64,000 nt of DNA from an uncultured cyanobacterium (GTDB lineage: Bacteria > Cyanobacteriota > Cyanobacteriia > Cyanobacteriales > Microcystaceae): NCBI GenBank assembly GCA_963807635.1, contig CAWEDJ010000040.1:32001-96000 (forward strand), read 5' to 3'. The first letter of the stretch is position 1. Every line of letters starts with the position of its first letter. The notes under the pieces are model-generated. The model saw only the letters and a program-made list of their open reading frames with translations. It ran no database searches and was not told where the DNA came from. Below are positions 31,015-42,123 of the stretch, in pieces. A program made the position numbers and the translations under genes.

Positions 31015-31397
31015 TTAGTCCAAATTATATTCAACAGCCTCAAAATGAACCCTAGCCAATTCGACTAAGCGAGTAAAATGTTCTGCAATTTTTCTATCCA
31101 ATCTGTTATCCCCCGATAGGAAAATTCCCAGTCTGATAAATCAATTTCCCAAAGTTTTTCTACTTTCTCTTCGAGATAATTAATAAAGTCTTCATCCTGT
31201 TGAATTTTTTGAAAAAAAGTAGGATAATCAAGTTAATATTTTATTTCATAATCACAATTTTTTTGCTTTAATTCAACAATTTTAGCGGTTATTTTTTCAA
31301 TGGTATAACGTTGAACTGCTAAATTAATTGCGGATGGTAGATCACCAAAGTTACCGAGTATTTCAGCATAATCTTCTTTAATTGCAATATTTATCAT
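31015..31397 (-). pseudogene. Degraded two-gene TA-like module (interrupted ~110-codon gene plus truncated overlapping partner)
   Basis: 31065-31397 MINIAIKEDY...YEIKY*LDYPTFF...WEIDLSDWEF...; overlapping 31015-31101 LDRKIAEHFTRLVELAR... stops after 28 aa. Confidence 0.5.
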
Positions 31398-31742
31398 GAC
31401 TGCTATCTTCCCCTATGCAAAGTTTTTTCTAGTTGGTTGTGGAGATCACTGATCATTTTTCTCATCATAGCGAGTAATCTTCAGATCCGCATAAACTTCT
31501 GACACGATCGCCAACCGTTGACAATTCCCCATAAAACCTGATCGCATTTTTTCCGTCGTATTTTAAAGAATGATCAAAAGGAATCGTTCCTAACAGAAAT
31601 AATTTTAGGCGGAAATTTGTTAATTGATAAGCCTGTTTAACAAGCATTTGTCAGCGATCGCCCTGGTCAGAAAATACAAGGATTTAGCTTGCTAGGCATT
31701 AAAATAAAGATAACGCTTGCCTTCGGCCTATCTCCTTTTTTT

Positions 31743-33632
31743 ATGTCGTCTCAACCTGACTTAGTTAGAAAATTTTCATCTCAACATTCTCATTACCGCA
31801 TACTAGGATTGATAGGTCAGGGGCAATTTGGGCGGGTTTATTGTGCCTTGCATCGTCAATCGGGTCGCATCTACGGACTTAAGGATTTAGAACATAAAGT
31901 TTTTCCGACTAACAAATTTTTACGGGAATTAGCCTATTTAGTCACCCTCCGCCATCCCAATATTGTTACCTGCTATGCGGTGGAATATCATCCCCTCGGT
32001 CGTTACCTAGTGATGGATTACTGTGAGGGCGGAACTTTACGGGATTTGATGGACAACGAAGGCGAAGTGAGTCTATCGCAAAAATTAACATTAATCACTG
32101 ATATTTTAGCGGGATTAGAACACGCTCATAAATCTCAAATTATTCATTGTGATATTAAGCCTGAAAATATTTTATTAAAAGTGACTGCAACAGGTTGGGA
32201 AGCAAAAATTTCTGATTTTGGGATCGCCCAATTAACTGCTGTAACGGGTAATCCCAATTTCGGCAAAGGTTACACGGGATCTCCTGCTTATATGGCCCCA
32301 GAGCGTTTCTATGGGAAATTTTCTATTGCGTCCGATCTCTATGCGGTCGGCATTTTATTGTATGAATTAATGGTCGGCGATCGCCCTTTTTCAGGATTAC
32401 CAGGCCAAATCCAGCGGCCCACTTCAATCAAAGATTAATCATTCCTGAGAATTTTCCTGCTCTGCTACGTCCCATTGTGAGCAAATCCTTGGAAAAATTA
32501 CCCCAAAAACGGTTTGCGACGGCGGGCAAAATGAAAGAAGCTCTAGATAAAGTCATCGAAGAAATCAGTGCAGATTCGGTGATCGAAAATTCCTCTACTG
32601 CTTTTTTTCGATTTACAGCATCTTCCCTGAAACAACACTCTGTCACCGAAATTTTCTCCGATGCCCTCGCCTTTCCCGTTCATCAATTAGCCGTATTGGG
32701 GAAAAAAGTTTATCTCGGACTAGATCATCAGCTTCTTTGTCGTTTTTATGCTAATACTGACCTAAAAGGAAATTATCTTAATCAATGGGATGTTTATTTT
32801 CCTTTTCCGATCATTGCTCTCCATGTCCAAGAAAAAGGAAGTTTCGTCCTGACCAAACAAGCAGCTAATCCATCGAAATTCCGCGAATTTCAGTACGATC
32901 TCTATGGTTTTTTAAAGGATCAACCGAGCCATTCCCTCGCCCCAAAACCCTTGGGTTCTTGGCAAGTCAGTAAATTAGCCTGTAGTTTTGCCCCCAATGG
33001 AAAATGGTTCGCCCTCGTCACTCCCAGACCCGAAAAAGAAAGCAGAGGCAGTTTCCAACTTTGCAAATTACCCCGACTCACACCCGTTGCAGTTCCCCAC
33101 AATAGTCTTTTTCCGTCTCAGTTAATTGCGATCGACAATGATCACGGCCTAGCGGTATTTTTAGCGAAAACAGCCTTTCGCCAAGCCACCGTTTTTCGGT
33201 TATTTAATCGGCGTGGGGATTTGATGTCAGCCTTTACCCTCCCCCTACTGTTGACGAGCATTATCCTCAATCACGAGACTCGCAATCATTTATTTGCCCT
33301 AGAACTGAGTAATCTCCGTATTGGGGTTTTAATCCGCCTGCGCCCCCTCAAAGTTACCCGCATTGCCCTAAAAATTAAACCCGATTTTATGCTTTCCTAT
33401 CCCTGGGGTTATCTTCTCGCCGATCGCCAGGGAAATTTCAACCTATTAGATACTGATGGCTTTTATGTTGGTGAATTTGCGTTACCCAGGAACCATTACC
33501 GCGATCGCCGTTGCGGGGGAATTTCGCTGTTTAATCGCCACTTGGTCGGAAAATCAAGGCATGATCAAACTGCTTGACCTCGGCTCTAACATTCGAGAAA
33601 TCATTGATCAAATCTATGACGAAAAAGATTAA
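31743..33632 (+). CDS. Hanks-type Ser/Thr kinase with C-terminal beta-rich domain (frameshifts near 32413 and 33490)
   Basis: GQGQFGRV, HCDIKPEN, DFG, GSPAYMAPE, SDLYAVG. Confidence 0.88.
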
Positions 33633-33684
33633 CCATTGATTCACCCCGATAGGTTGTCATTTCGTTACAAAAAGATTAGAATTG

Positions 33685-33702
33685 TTTACATAACTTTACA
33701 AA
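33685..33702 (+). promoter_or_regulatory. HLR1 (RpaB-binding) direct repeat
   Basis: TTTACATA-AC-TTTACAAA matches (G/T)TTACA(T/A)(T/A)-N2-(G/T)TTACA(T/A)(T/A); 10 nt before a small ORF. Confidence 0.7.
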
Positions 33703-33712
33703 AGGAACCGAT

Positions 33713-33862
33713 ATGATCATGATCATCTGTACCGCGATCGCGCTAGTAACTTTTGCCTTGATTCAATACGGCTCGAAAAACCAGTCTCAGCCCGAATCCA
33801 TCGCAATTCCTGTACGAGTTTCCGAAAATATTTATCCTTCATCGAGAACTATTCGACGCTAA
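33713..33862 (+). CDS. Small membrane-anchored protein (49 aa)
   Basis: AAGGA RBS; hydrophobic N-terminus then SIAIPVRV; ends 3 bp before the next gene. Confidence 0.6.
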   Translation: MIMIICTAIALVTFALIQYGSKNQSQPESIAIPVRVSENIYPSSRTIRR

Positions 33863-33865
33863 GAA

Positions 33866-34045
33866 ATGTCAAAAAACTTAATTTCCTTTTTAAAGGAAGA
33901 ACTTAATTTATCGTCCGACCAAATTAAATTAGCCCTCAACAAAGTTCAGCAATCCCCCCATCAATTACCAATCGCCCTTTTGCAATACGGACTCATCAAT
34001 CTTGGGCAATTAGATAAAATCTTTGATTGGCTAGAAACAGCTTAA
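33866..34045 (+). CDS. DUF2949 family protein
   Basis: LISFLKEELNL...IKLAL...LPIALLQYGLINLGQLDKIFDWLETA. Confidence 0.85.
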   Translation: MSKNLISFLKEELNLSSDQIKLALNKVQQSPHQLPIALLQYGLINLGQLDKIFDWLETA

Positions 34046-34120
34046 TTTTGTTGAGATTTATTTAAGCGAATATCAATCAAACTAACAGGAGATCGGAATT
34101 TAGATTTCCAAAAAATATCC

Positions 34121-34146
34121 GTAGGGGCGAATTGCGTTCGCCCTTA
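34121..34146 (+). repeat. GTAG-type REP palindrome (second family)
   Basis: GTAGGGGCGAATTGCGTTCGCCCTT between convergent genes. Confidence 0.7.
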
Positions 34147-34202
34147 AACGACAGCTATATCAGTCAATCTTGCAAAAAAAATATAGCTAATCAATCTAGT
34201 TC

Positions 34203-34653
34203 TTAAAGTTCACCGCGAATTTCTTCGACAATGCCATCTCGAATGACCACTTCCACATTTAATTTAGCAACCAAATTATCTCCCTTTTCCACGCGGAAAA
34301 AAACTTTCCATCTGGGCTTGGGGAACTTCTTGGTCTAGGTCTAAAAACTGGACTTGTTGCATTTGCTGAAGAAATTGATTTTTTTGCTCCAAAATCTCAC
34401 TTTTTTGCTGATTGACTTGGATTTGAATATTATCAATTTGCTGGGCCGCTTGGGGAGGAACAGGGGTCAGGCTCTGTCTTTGGATTTCCGCGATCGCCCG
34501 TTGACCCTGGGTATCCAACTGTTGAATCTGAGAATCGATTTGAGCAATTTGGGCTTGGAGTTGTTGCTGCATTTCTTCTTTCCAGCGACTCGTCACGATG
34601 ACCTTAATGGTTACTGGACGTTTTAATAAAAGGCTGGTTTGTGCGTCATCCAT
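34203..34653 (-). CDS. YlqD family protein (frameshift in T-run near 34300)
   Basis: LLLKRPVTIKVIVT.RWKEE...ESFF|RVEKGDNLVAKLNVEVVIRDGIVEEIRGEL. Confidence 0.85.
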
Positions 34654-34765
34654 AAAAAGCAATTTCCGTCGTAAAAAATAGGTTAAAACTGAATTGTCGG
34701 GCGATTTTTTTGATATAATACCAATTTAATTAATTCGATTAAATTGCAGATATAACTATCCATGA

Positions 34766-34816
34766 GATCCCCCCGCCTTCGGCTTCCCCCCTTATCAAGG
34801 GGGGCTAGGGGGAATC
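34766..34816. repeat. GC-rich multi-stem palindrome, same family as 17537-17587 (inverted)
   Basis: GATCCCCCC GCC TTC GGC TT CCCCCCTT ATC AAGGGGGG CTA GGGGGAATC. Confidence 0.8.
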
Positions 34817-34857
34817 AATTCAATATTCTCGTTTTAATTTGGTATCAGACCGAACAA

Positions 34858-36777
34858 TCAAGATTTCTCAAACATTCCTTCAATAATACCGCGATAATGT
34901 TCTGTCACAACGGGACGTTTGATTTTGAGCGTCTGGGTCATCATGCCATTGGCTAGGGAAAACGGCTCTAAAATCAGCCTAAAATTTTTAATCTGATCAT
35001 CGGGACGATAGCCAGGACGGTCTTTAATTTCTCGGTTTAATTCCTTACGAAAGAGATCCAACACCGCCTTGTGATAAAGTCCGCTCTGTTTCAACTCCTC
35101 AAAAGTGACGGAACTATCGGGAAACGTGAGATTGAGCGATTGAGCCTGCACCCATTTTTCGAGAGCTTCCAGATTTGGCACAATCAAGGCTCCCAAGGCT
35201 TTTTGATCTTGCCCGACTAACATAATTTGGTCGATATAGGCACTCCGCACACAGGCATCTTCAATCGGTTGGGGTTCAATATTTTCCCCATTACTCAGCA
35301 CAATCGTATCCTTGGCGCGACCCGTCAAAACCAAATCATTCTCCGCCGTCACCCAGCCCAAATCTCCACTATCAAACCATCCGTCAGCATCGATCGCCTT
35401 AGCAGTGGCTTCAGGTTTGTTGTAATAACCCAGTCATCACCTGGGGCCGCGAATGAGAACTAAGCCTCGCTGTTCTGGGGCTAGGGTTTGGCGAGTTTCG
35501 GGGTCAACAATGCGAATTTCGGTTTGGGGAATGGGTTTTCCCGAAGAATAGCGTAAATTGTGAGAATGCGTGCGGGCATTGGTCACAGGTGAGGTTTCCG
35601 TGAGTCCGTAACCGACGAGGACAGGAATTCCTACAATTTCATAGAAATCGTCTAAATGTTTCGCAAGGGAACCCCCACCACTGACGAAGGTTTTCACCTC
35701 TCCGCCTGTGACATCTCGGATTTTTTGGTAAACGATTTTATCTCCCAAAAGATGGATCGGTGTGAATAACAGCGTTTTTAATTTGGCGATCGCCCTTTCC
35801 AGGCCAGAAACGTGGAGATGCTCTAGGCTCAAATTTTCGGCAATGCGTTTAGAGAGAATATACTGGGTAGAAATATTAAAAAAGAAATTAATTAACTTTT
35901 GCTGACTGTCCGATTTTTCGCGGAAAGTTTTTTGCACTCCCTCATAAATCGATTCCCAAAGACGGGGAACTGCAACCATGTGGCGGGGTTTAAATTTCTT
36001 TAAATCATTTTTAAAGGTGCGAATACTCGTATAAATTAGGGTACAACCTTGAGAAAGGAGAAAATACTCGGCACTACGCTCATAGGAATGCCAAGACGGA
36101 AGAATGCTCAACACGCGATCGCCTTTTTCGGGATTAAGAATGGCTCGTAATTCCGCGACTTGGTGTAATAAATTGCCATGAGATAACATCGCGCCCTTGG
36201 GTTGTCCCGTTGTTCCAGAGGTGTAAATTAACGTTGCTAAAGATTGGCGATCGTGGGGACTCGGTGTGGGTGTTTTTCCTTCGCCTAATGCTAATAATTG
36301 GGTAAAATTCAGTTGCTTAACCGTTAATTCAGGATCGGGATCTTCATCGCTCAGAAAGATAACAAAATCTAGGGGATATTCACCAAAATCTAGGGCTAAT
36401 TTCTCTAATGTTTTTCGATCTTCCACAATCAGCCCACTACTGTCACTGTCTCTGAGGATGTAGCGCAATTCCTTGCGATCGGCTTGGGAGGATCTGACCA
36501 CATTGGTTGCTCCTGCCATCATCGTTCCCTGATCAGCAATAAACCAACGGGGGCTATTATCAGCAAAAAGGGCAATTTTAGCATCGAATTTTAAACCTAA
36601 AGCCTGTACCCCTGCGGCAAATTTCTGTAATTGTTGATAAAGTTCGCCATAGGTCAGACTAACAGGAGTTTTAGCGTAGGGATCTTGGAGGGCGGGGATC
36701 TCTTTAAACCGTTCGGCAGTCAATGACCAAATTTCGCTTAAGGATTTAACCGAGGAATAATCGACTAGGGCAACCAT
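34858..36777 (-). CDS. aas: Acyl-ACP synthetase / long-chain fatty acid ligase (compensating indels near 35440)
   Basis: IYTSGTTGQPKG, GYGLTETSP, GRAKDTIVLSNGENIEP. The two ORF pieces are in the same frame. Confidence 0.9.
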
Positions 36778-36985
36778 AATTTTTGTGCGTTAATGTTTTA
36801 AAATACTAATCCATAGTTTAGTCATTTCGCTTCCTAGTATGACCATGAATGGGACACTTTGCCAAATGCAACCTGTTTTTGTTTGAAAATTCCAGACGCG
36901 ATCGCCGTAAACCAAAATCCATCCCCACAAATTTTTTCCTTTTTCATCAAAATCGATTGTATTGGGAAGCTTCACCATCTGCTTT

Positions 36986-37013
36986 TTGACATTTCTCAGC
37001 GATCGGCTAGAAT
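36986..37013 (+). promoter_or_regulatory. Sigma70-type promoter of 6S RNA
   Basis: TTGACA (36986-36991), 16-nt spacer, TAGAAT (37008-37013). Confidence 0.7.
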
Positions 37014-37018
37014 GATGA

Positions 37019-37199
37019 CTGACTGCTGTGTTGGTGACTGCCAATAAAGTTTTTTGATCTATGCTTGAAAAACTTTGGGAGCTATTAAATATTTCGTCGC
37101 AGTAAACCGAGCGAGTACTCGGAAACGAAGACAGAAATGATCGGCACCCACCTGGATAACACCAGGTCATAAACTGAGGTAAAACGGCACGGCAGTTCT
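37019..37199 (+). ncRNA. ssrS: 6S RNA
   Basis: About 180 nt. The 5' GACTGCTGTGTTG pairs with the 3' CGGCACGGCAGTT; conserved GGCACCCACCTG; hairpins CCGAG/CTCGG and ACCTGG/CCAGGT. Confidence 0.85.
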
Positions 37200-37329
37200 A
37201 TTTTCCCCTCAAAATGTTTGAGCAAACGATAAGTCAGGGTTTCGAGACATATTAACGCTAGGTTAAGAAAAAGGAAAGAACTGAATAACCTAAGATTAAA
37301 TTAAAGATTCAAGATTTTAGGTTTGACCC

Positions 37330-38605
37330 TTGGTAAACCTCCTAGAAAATTCTCCTCGTCACGATTTCCCTGCTCAAATTGTGACTCTTAGTTCGGGATT
37401 AACCCTAATTCATCAATATTTGCCTGAAACTCCCGTTGCTGTGGTAGATGTTTGGGTAAGGGCTGGCGCGATCGCGGAAACCGAAGGAATGGGGAGGCAT
37501 GGCCCATTTCTTGGAACACATGATTTTTAAAGGCACGAAGGGAATTGCGCCTGGTGTTTTTGACCGCATGATTGAACATAAAGGGGGCATGGCCAATGCG
37601 GCAACCAGTCATGATTATGCCCATTTTTTCCTGACCACTGCTTCCCCCTATCTGCCTGATACCCTGCCCTATTTAGCAGAAATTTTACTCCAGGCAGAAA
37701 TCCCCGACAGTGAATTTGATTGTGAACGGGATGTGGTTTTAGAGGAAATTCGGGCAAGTAATGATAATCCTGACCATTTAGCGTTTCAAAATTTATGTAC
37801 TAGCCTCTATCCCCATCATCCCTACGGAAGACCCATTTTAGGGGAAGAATCCCAGTTAGCTCTCCATTGCCCTGCACAAATGCGTTGTTTTCACCGTACC
37901 CATTATCAACCTGAAAAGATGACGGTGGTAATGGTGGGAGATGTGACGGAAAAAAGCGCGATCGCCTTAGTGGAAAAAAATTTTAGAGAATTTGCAACTC
38001 GTTCTCAATGTCCTGCCACAGGGATTGAAGCTGTCCCCCCCATGACAGGAATCCAACGAAAATGCCTAAAAATACCGAATTTGGGTCATGCTCGTTTATT
38101 GATGGGCTGGATCGCGCCAGGGATAGACCAATTAGGAGATGGGTTAGGATTAGATTTGTTGTCTGCCGTCTTAACAGGGGGTCGAGCTTCCCGCTTAGTC
38201 CGAGAATTACGGGAAGATAAGCATTTCGTATTAGATATTCATAGTAGTTTTTCTCTCCAGCGTGATTCTAGTTTATTTATCATCAATGCCTACCTAGAAC
38301 CCGAATATTTAGACCCAGTAGAGCAAATTATCTGCGATCGCTTGCAAGATCTACACAAGCAAGAGATTGCTGACGCTGAATTAGAGCGAGCCAAACGGCT
38401 ACTGTGTCACGACTATATTTTTTCGACGGAAACCCCTAGTCAATTAGCGGGACTATACGGGTATTATCAAACCCTTGCGTCTGCTGAATTAGCTGTCTCC
38501 TATCCCCGAAAGATTCAACAATTTCAAACGAGTGAGCTTAAAACATTGGCCCGCCAATATCTTTCCCCCGAACGGTATGCTGTCACCACAATGCAGGCGG
38601 TCTAA
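37330..38605 (+). CDS. M16 family zinc peptidase (frameshift near 37478)
   Basis: VDVWVRAG...AHFLEHMIFKG inverted HxxEH; HPYGRPILG. Confidence 0.9.
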
Positions 38606-38637
38606 CTTCTTTTTGGCATGGTACTGGAAATCTTATA

Positions 38638-38659
38638 ACAAGGGGCTTAAGCCCCTTGC
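38638..38659. terminator. Hairpin downstream of the M16 peptidase
   Basis: CAAGGGGCTTAAGCCCCTTG is a perfect palindrome. Confidence 0.5.
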
Positions 38660-39039
38660 CTGTATGCGTTTTCAATAATTAACAGATCTATCGCCATTGG
38701 TTTTTGTTGAGCTAAAAATGCGAACGAAACAGTGATTAAGTTTTTTCCAACTTTTGAGAATTGTTTCAGAAAAACGATAAATCAGTTTTTTGAGGTATGA
38801 TCGCATGCTGACCTTTTTGTTTTTTTGTATCCATGACAACTTTATTCTGCCAGAAATGTCTGAGTACAAAATCTTAAATTAAATAGGTTGTTTTGATTTT
38901 TGGGTTCGATTTTTGTTAGATAACTACCATAAACCATTTAATCACTAAACTTTCTTGTTTTTTTAACGATTGGGTTATTTCTGGGCTTTTCTATTGATTT
39001 AACCTATTATTGCTGATCGATATTTTTAACATAACTTCT

Positions 39040-42000
39040 ATGAATCATTCTTTAGAAAATAGGGCGATCGCCGATATTGATTCTGTTGCAAATTTTAAAA
39101 ATTATGAACAGGAGGCTTGGTATTTATCCCGTTTCATCCAATCTCATGGCGTTCTCATGATTTTAGATGAGTCCCAATTGACCATTCTCCAGATTAGCGA
39201 TAATACAACATTGCTTTTAGGAATCACTCCTAATTTCCTCTTAAATCAACCGCTTAAAGAATTACTTCCCCTGGCTGAGGTGGAAAAACTCTGCGATCGC
39301 CTCCAGCAGACTAAGGGAAATTTCTGTTATCGTTTTCAGTTTATTCACCAATATCAAGGGATTTCTCAGTCATTTCATGGGTTAGTGCGCCGACAGCAGC
39401 AGACGTTGAGCCTAGAGATAGAGCCGATGAGAGAAGAATATCAGACCATTGATCACTATGAACGTCTCTCCACTTTTTTAGGGCAAATCAAACGTGCCAA
39501 CAATCTCCAAAGCACCGCCCAACTAATTGTGGATGAGGTGCAACAAATTGCTGATTATGATCGGGTTTTGTTGTATCGCTTTGAACCCGATGATAGCGGT
39601 ATCGTCATTGCTGAAGCTCAAAAAAGTCCAACATCATCGTTTCTAGATCTACGCTTTCCTGCGATCGATGTTCCTCCCATTGGTCTTCAGGCTTTTTATC
39701 TTAATGGGATACGGTTGATCACGGATCTGAATGCTCCCCAGGTAGAAATGATTCCCAATCTCAATCCCGTGACGGGGAAATTGCCTAATTTGAGGATTTC
39801 AACCCTATTAGGAGTGACCGATTGCCATATTGAGTATTATCACAACATGGGAGTGGTCGCTTCCTGTGTGATTAGCATCAAAGATGAAGACCGATTTTGG
39901 GGGCTGATTGTCGGTCAGCATTTTTCCCCGAAATATCTTAGTCCCGCGATTCAGAATTATTTTCAGTCCTTGGGAGAGTTTGTTTCTCTCAAGTTAGTTA
40001 AAAAAGAACAACAAGAGTTTCAAGTCTATCGAAAAGAGATAGAAGTGATTCATGCCCGTATTAAAGCCGATTTAAGGAAAATTAACCATCGCAAGGATTA
40101 TCAAAATCAAGATTTGCCCTTGCCCCGTTGTACCTTGCCCATCGTTAAAGCCCATCTCCTAGAGGCAAATTTACAAAACGGCGATCACGAAATTGACTCG
40201 ATTAATGCCATTTTGGAAGCTAATGGGGAGGGTTTGCTGGAACTGGTTCAATCGCCTGGAGCGGCCCTCTATTTTGGCAATCAACTTGTTCTTTTGGGGG
40301 AAACACCTGAGTTGTCAGAAGTGCAATCCCTGTTGACCTGGTTTGCTGACTATTCCCAGGAGGAAGTCTTTTCTACTTCTCATTTGGGCAAGCTCTATCC
40401 TGCGGCCAAGAATTTTCAGGAAGAAGCGAGTGGACTGTTGGCAATTTCCATTCGACTCCAACATACGGCTTATTATTTACTGTGGTTTCGTCCTGAAGTG
40501 ATTAAAATTGTCAATTGGGCGGGAGATCCCAGTCCCCTGGAAACCGTTGATGCGATCGGTCAAATGCGCCCTTCCCCCCGTCGCTCCTTTGAACTGTGGA
40601 AAGAAAGTGTGCGGGGAACCTCTGTCCCCTGGCAGAAAGTAGAACTAGAAGCAGCCAAAAAATTGAGAGATTTATTAACTCTGACCGCCCTAGAATGTTC
40701 CCAGGCGGCCCTGGAAGCGGCGGCAGAACAAGCAGAAATTGCCAATCGCGCCAAGAGTCAATTTTTAGCGAAAATGAGCCACGAGCTACGGACTCCCCTC
40801 AACGCCATTCTCGGTTTTAGCCAAATGATGAATCGGGATGAGTCTCTTTCAGGGGAACAACGGCAATATCTGAATATTATTAACCGCAGTGGGGAACATT
40901 TATTGTCCTTGATTAATGATGTTTTAGAAATGTCCAAAATTGAGGCAGGACGGATAACTTTTAATGAAAATCACTTTGATTTGTTACACATGATCGAAGC
41001 GATCGCCGAAATGTTGCAACTCAAGGCTTCTGCTAAAAATTTACAACTGATTTTGGAAAGTGATCCTCAGATTCCCAAGTACGTGATCACAGATGAAAGT
41101 AAACTGCGTCAAGTATTAATTAATCTGTTGGAGAATGCGATTAAATTTACCCAGGAGGGATGGGTCAAATTACGAATTTATCCTGGTGCGGAACCGACCC
41201 AGGTTTTTTTTGAAGTGTCCGATACGGGGGCGGGAGTGGCAGAGGAAGAATTTTCCCTCTTGTTTGAACCCTTTGTGCAGACGGAATCGGGTCGTCAATC
41301 CATGCAGGGAACAGGTTTAGGACTGCCCATTAGTAAGCAGTTTATTAATCTGTTGGGGGGAGAATTGAACATTCAAAGTGAGGTTGGGCAGGGGTCGATT
41401 TTTACCTTTGATGTACAGTTACGACTGGCCGATGCGATCGCCAATCACCAGATCCTTCCGACCCAGCAGGTAATCGGCTTGGAACCTGACCAGGGGCCCT
41501 ATCGTATTCTGGTGGTAGAAGATGTGGCAGAAAACCGTTGCCTGTTAACTCAATTACTCATTCCCATTGGTTTCAAGGTTCGTACCGTCAATAATGGTTA
41601 CGAAGCCGTTGAAGCGTGGGAAAAGTGGCACCCTGATTTAATTTTGATGGATATGCTCATGCCCGTAATGGATGGTTATGAAGCAACTCGACGCATCAAA
41701 TCTCAACCTGGAGGGCAGGAAACCGTGATTATTGCCCTGACTGCCAATGCCTTCTCCGATGCCAAAATCGCTACCCTCGAAGCAGGTTGTGATGACTATC
41801 TGCCCAAACCCTACCGCGAGCAAAACTTATTTGAAAAAATATCCCAGCATTTGGGTGTTCGTTATTGTTACCGAGGAGAGAATAAAGCCCTTTATCACCA
41901 GAAAGGTGCGAAATTTTCCCTGACTCCAGAATCTCTACAATTTATGTCCCAAAATTGGCTCACCGAAGTGCATCAAGCGGCCCGTGAGATGGATGAAGAC

Positions 42001-42123
42001 CGCATTGGGCAATTAATTCAACAAATTCCCGTCGGCAACGAACAGTTAGTCGAAAGTTTGACCCATTTCGTTGATAATTTCCGCTTAGATCTCCTCCTCA
42101 ATCTCACCAAGCCCCATGAATAA
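39040..42123 (+). CDS. Phytochrome-like hybrid sensor kinase (PAS-GAF-PHY-HisKA-HATPase-REC)
   Basis: IQSHG, YDRVLLYRF, RFPAIDVP, DCHIEY, WAGDP, PRRSFELW, SHELRTPLN, GTGLGL, LMDMLMP. Confidence 0.9.
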   Translation: MNHSLENRAIADIDSVANFKNYEQEAWYLSRFIQSHGVLMILDESQLTILQISDNTTLLLGITPNFLLNQPLKELLPLAEVEKLCDRLQQTKGNFCYRFQFIHQYQGISQSFHGLVRRQQQTLSLEIEPMREEYQTIDHYERLSTFLGQIKRANNLQSTAQLIVDEVQQIADYDRVLLYRFEPDDSGIVIAEAQKSPTSSFLDLRFPAIDVPPIGLQAFYLNGIRLITDLNAPQVEMIPNLNPVTGKLPNLRISTLLGVTDCHIEYYHNMGVVASCVISIKDEDRFWGLIVGQHFSPKYLSPAIQNYFQSLGEFVSLKLVKKEQQEFQVYRKEIEVIHARIKADLRKINHRKDYQNQDLPLPRCTLPIVKAHLLEANLQNGDHEIDSINAILEANGEGLLELVQSPGAALYFGNQLVLLGETPELSEVQSLLTWFADYSQEEVFSTSHLGKLYPAAKNFQEEASGLLAISIRLQHTAYYLLWFRPEVIKIVNWAGDPSPLETVDAIGQMRPSPRRSFELWKESVRGTSVPWQKVELEAAKKLRDLLTLTALECSQAALEAAAEQAEIANRAKSQFLAKMSHELRTPLNAILGFSQMMNRDESLSGEQRQYLNIINRSGEHLLSLINDVLEMSKIEAGRITFNENHFDLLHMIEAIAEMLQLKASAKNLQLILESDPQIPKYVITDESKLRQVLINLLENAIKFTQEGWVKLRIYPGAEPTQVFFEVSDTGAGVAEEEFSLLFEPFVQTESGRQSMQGTGLGLPISKQFINLLGGELNIQSEVGQGSIFTFDVQLRLADAIANHQILPTQQVIGLEPDQGPYRILVVEDVAENRCLLTQLLIPIGFKVRTVNNGYEAVEAWEKWHPDLILMDMLMPVMDGYEATRRIKSQPGGQETVIIALTANAFSDAKIATLEAGCDDYLPKPYREQNLFEKISQHLGVRYCYRGENKALYHQKGAKFSLTPESLQFMSQNWLTEVHQAAREMDEDRIGQLIQQIPVGNEQLVESLTHFVDNFRLDLLLNLTKPHE

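Noticed and set aside
37095..37130. Glutamine (glnA) riboswitch
   Set aside because: The hairpin is better explained as the apical part of the 6S RNA.
36790..37170. 126-aa minus-strand ORF and 62-aa plus-strand ORF
   Set aside because: They overlap the 6S RNA and its promoter and show no protein motifs.
38672..38869. Small minus-strand ORF upstream of the phytochrome
   Set aside because: AT-rich promoter region with no recognisable motif; unsupported.
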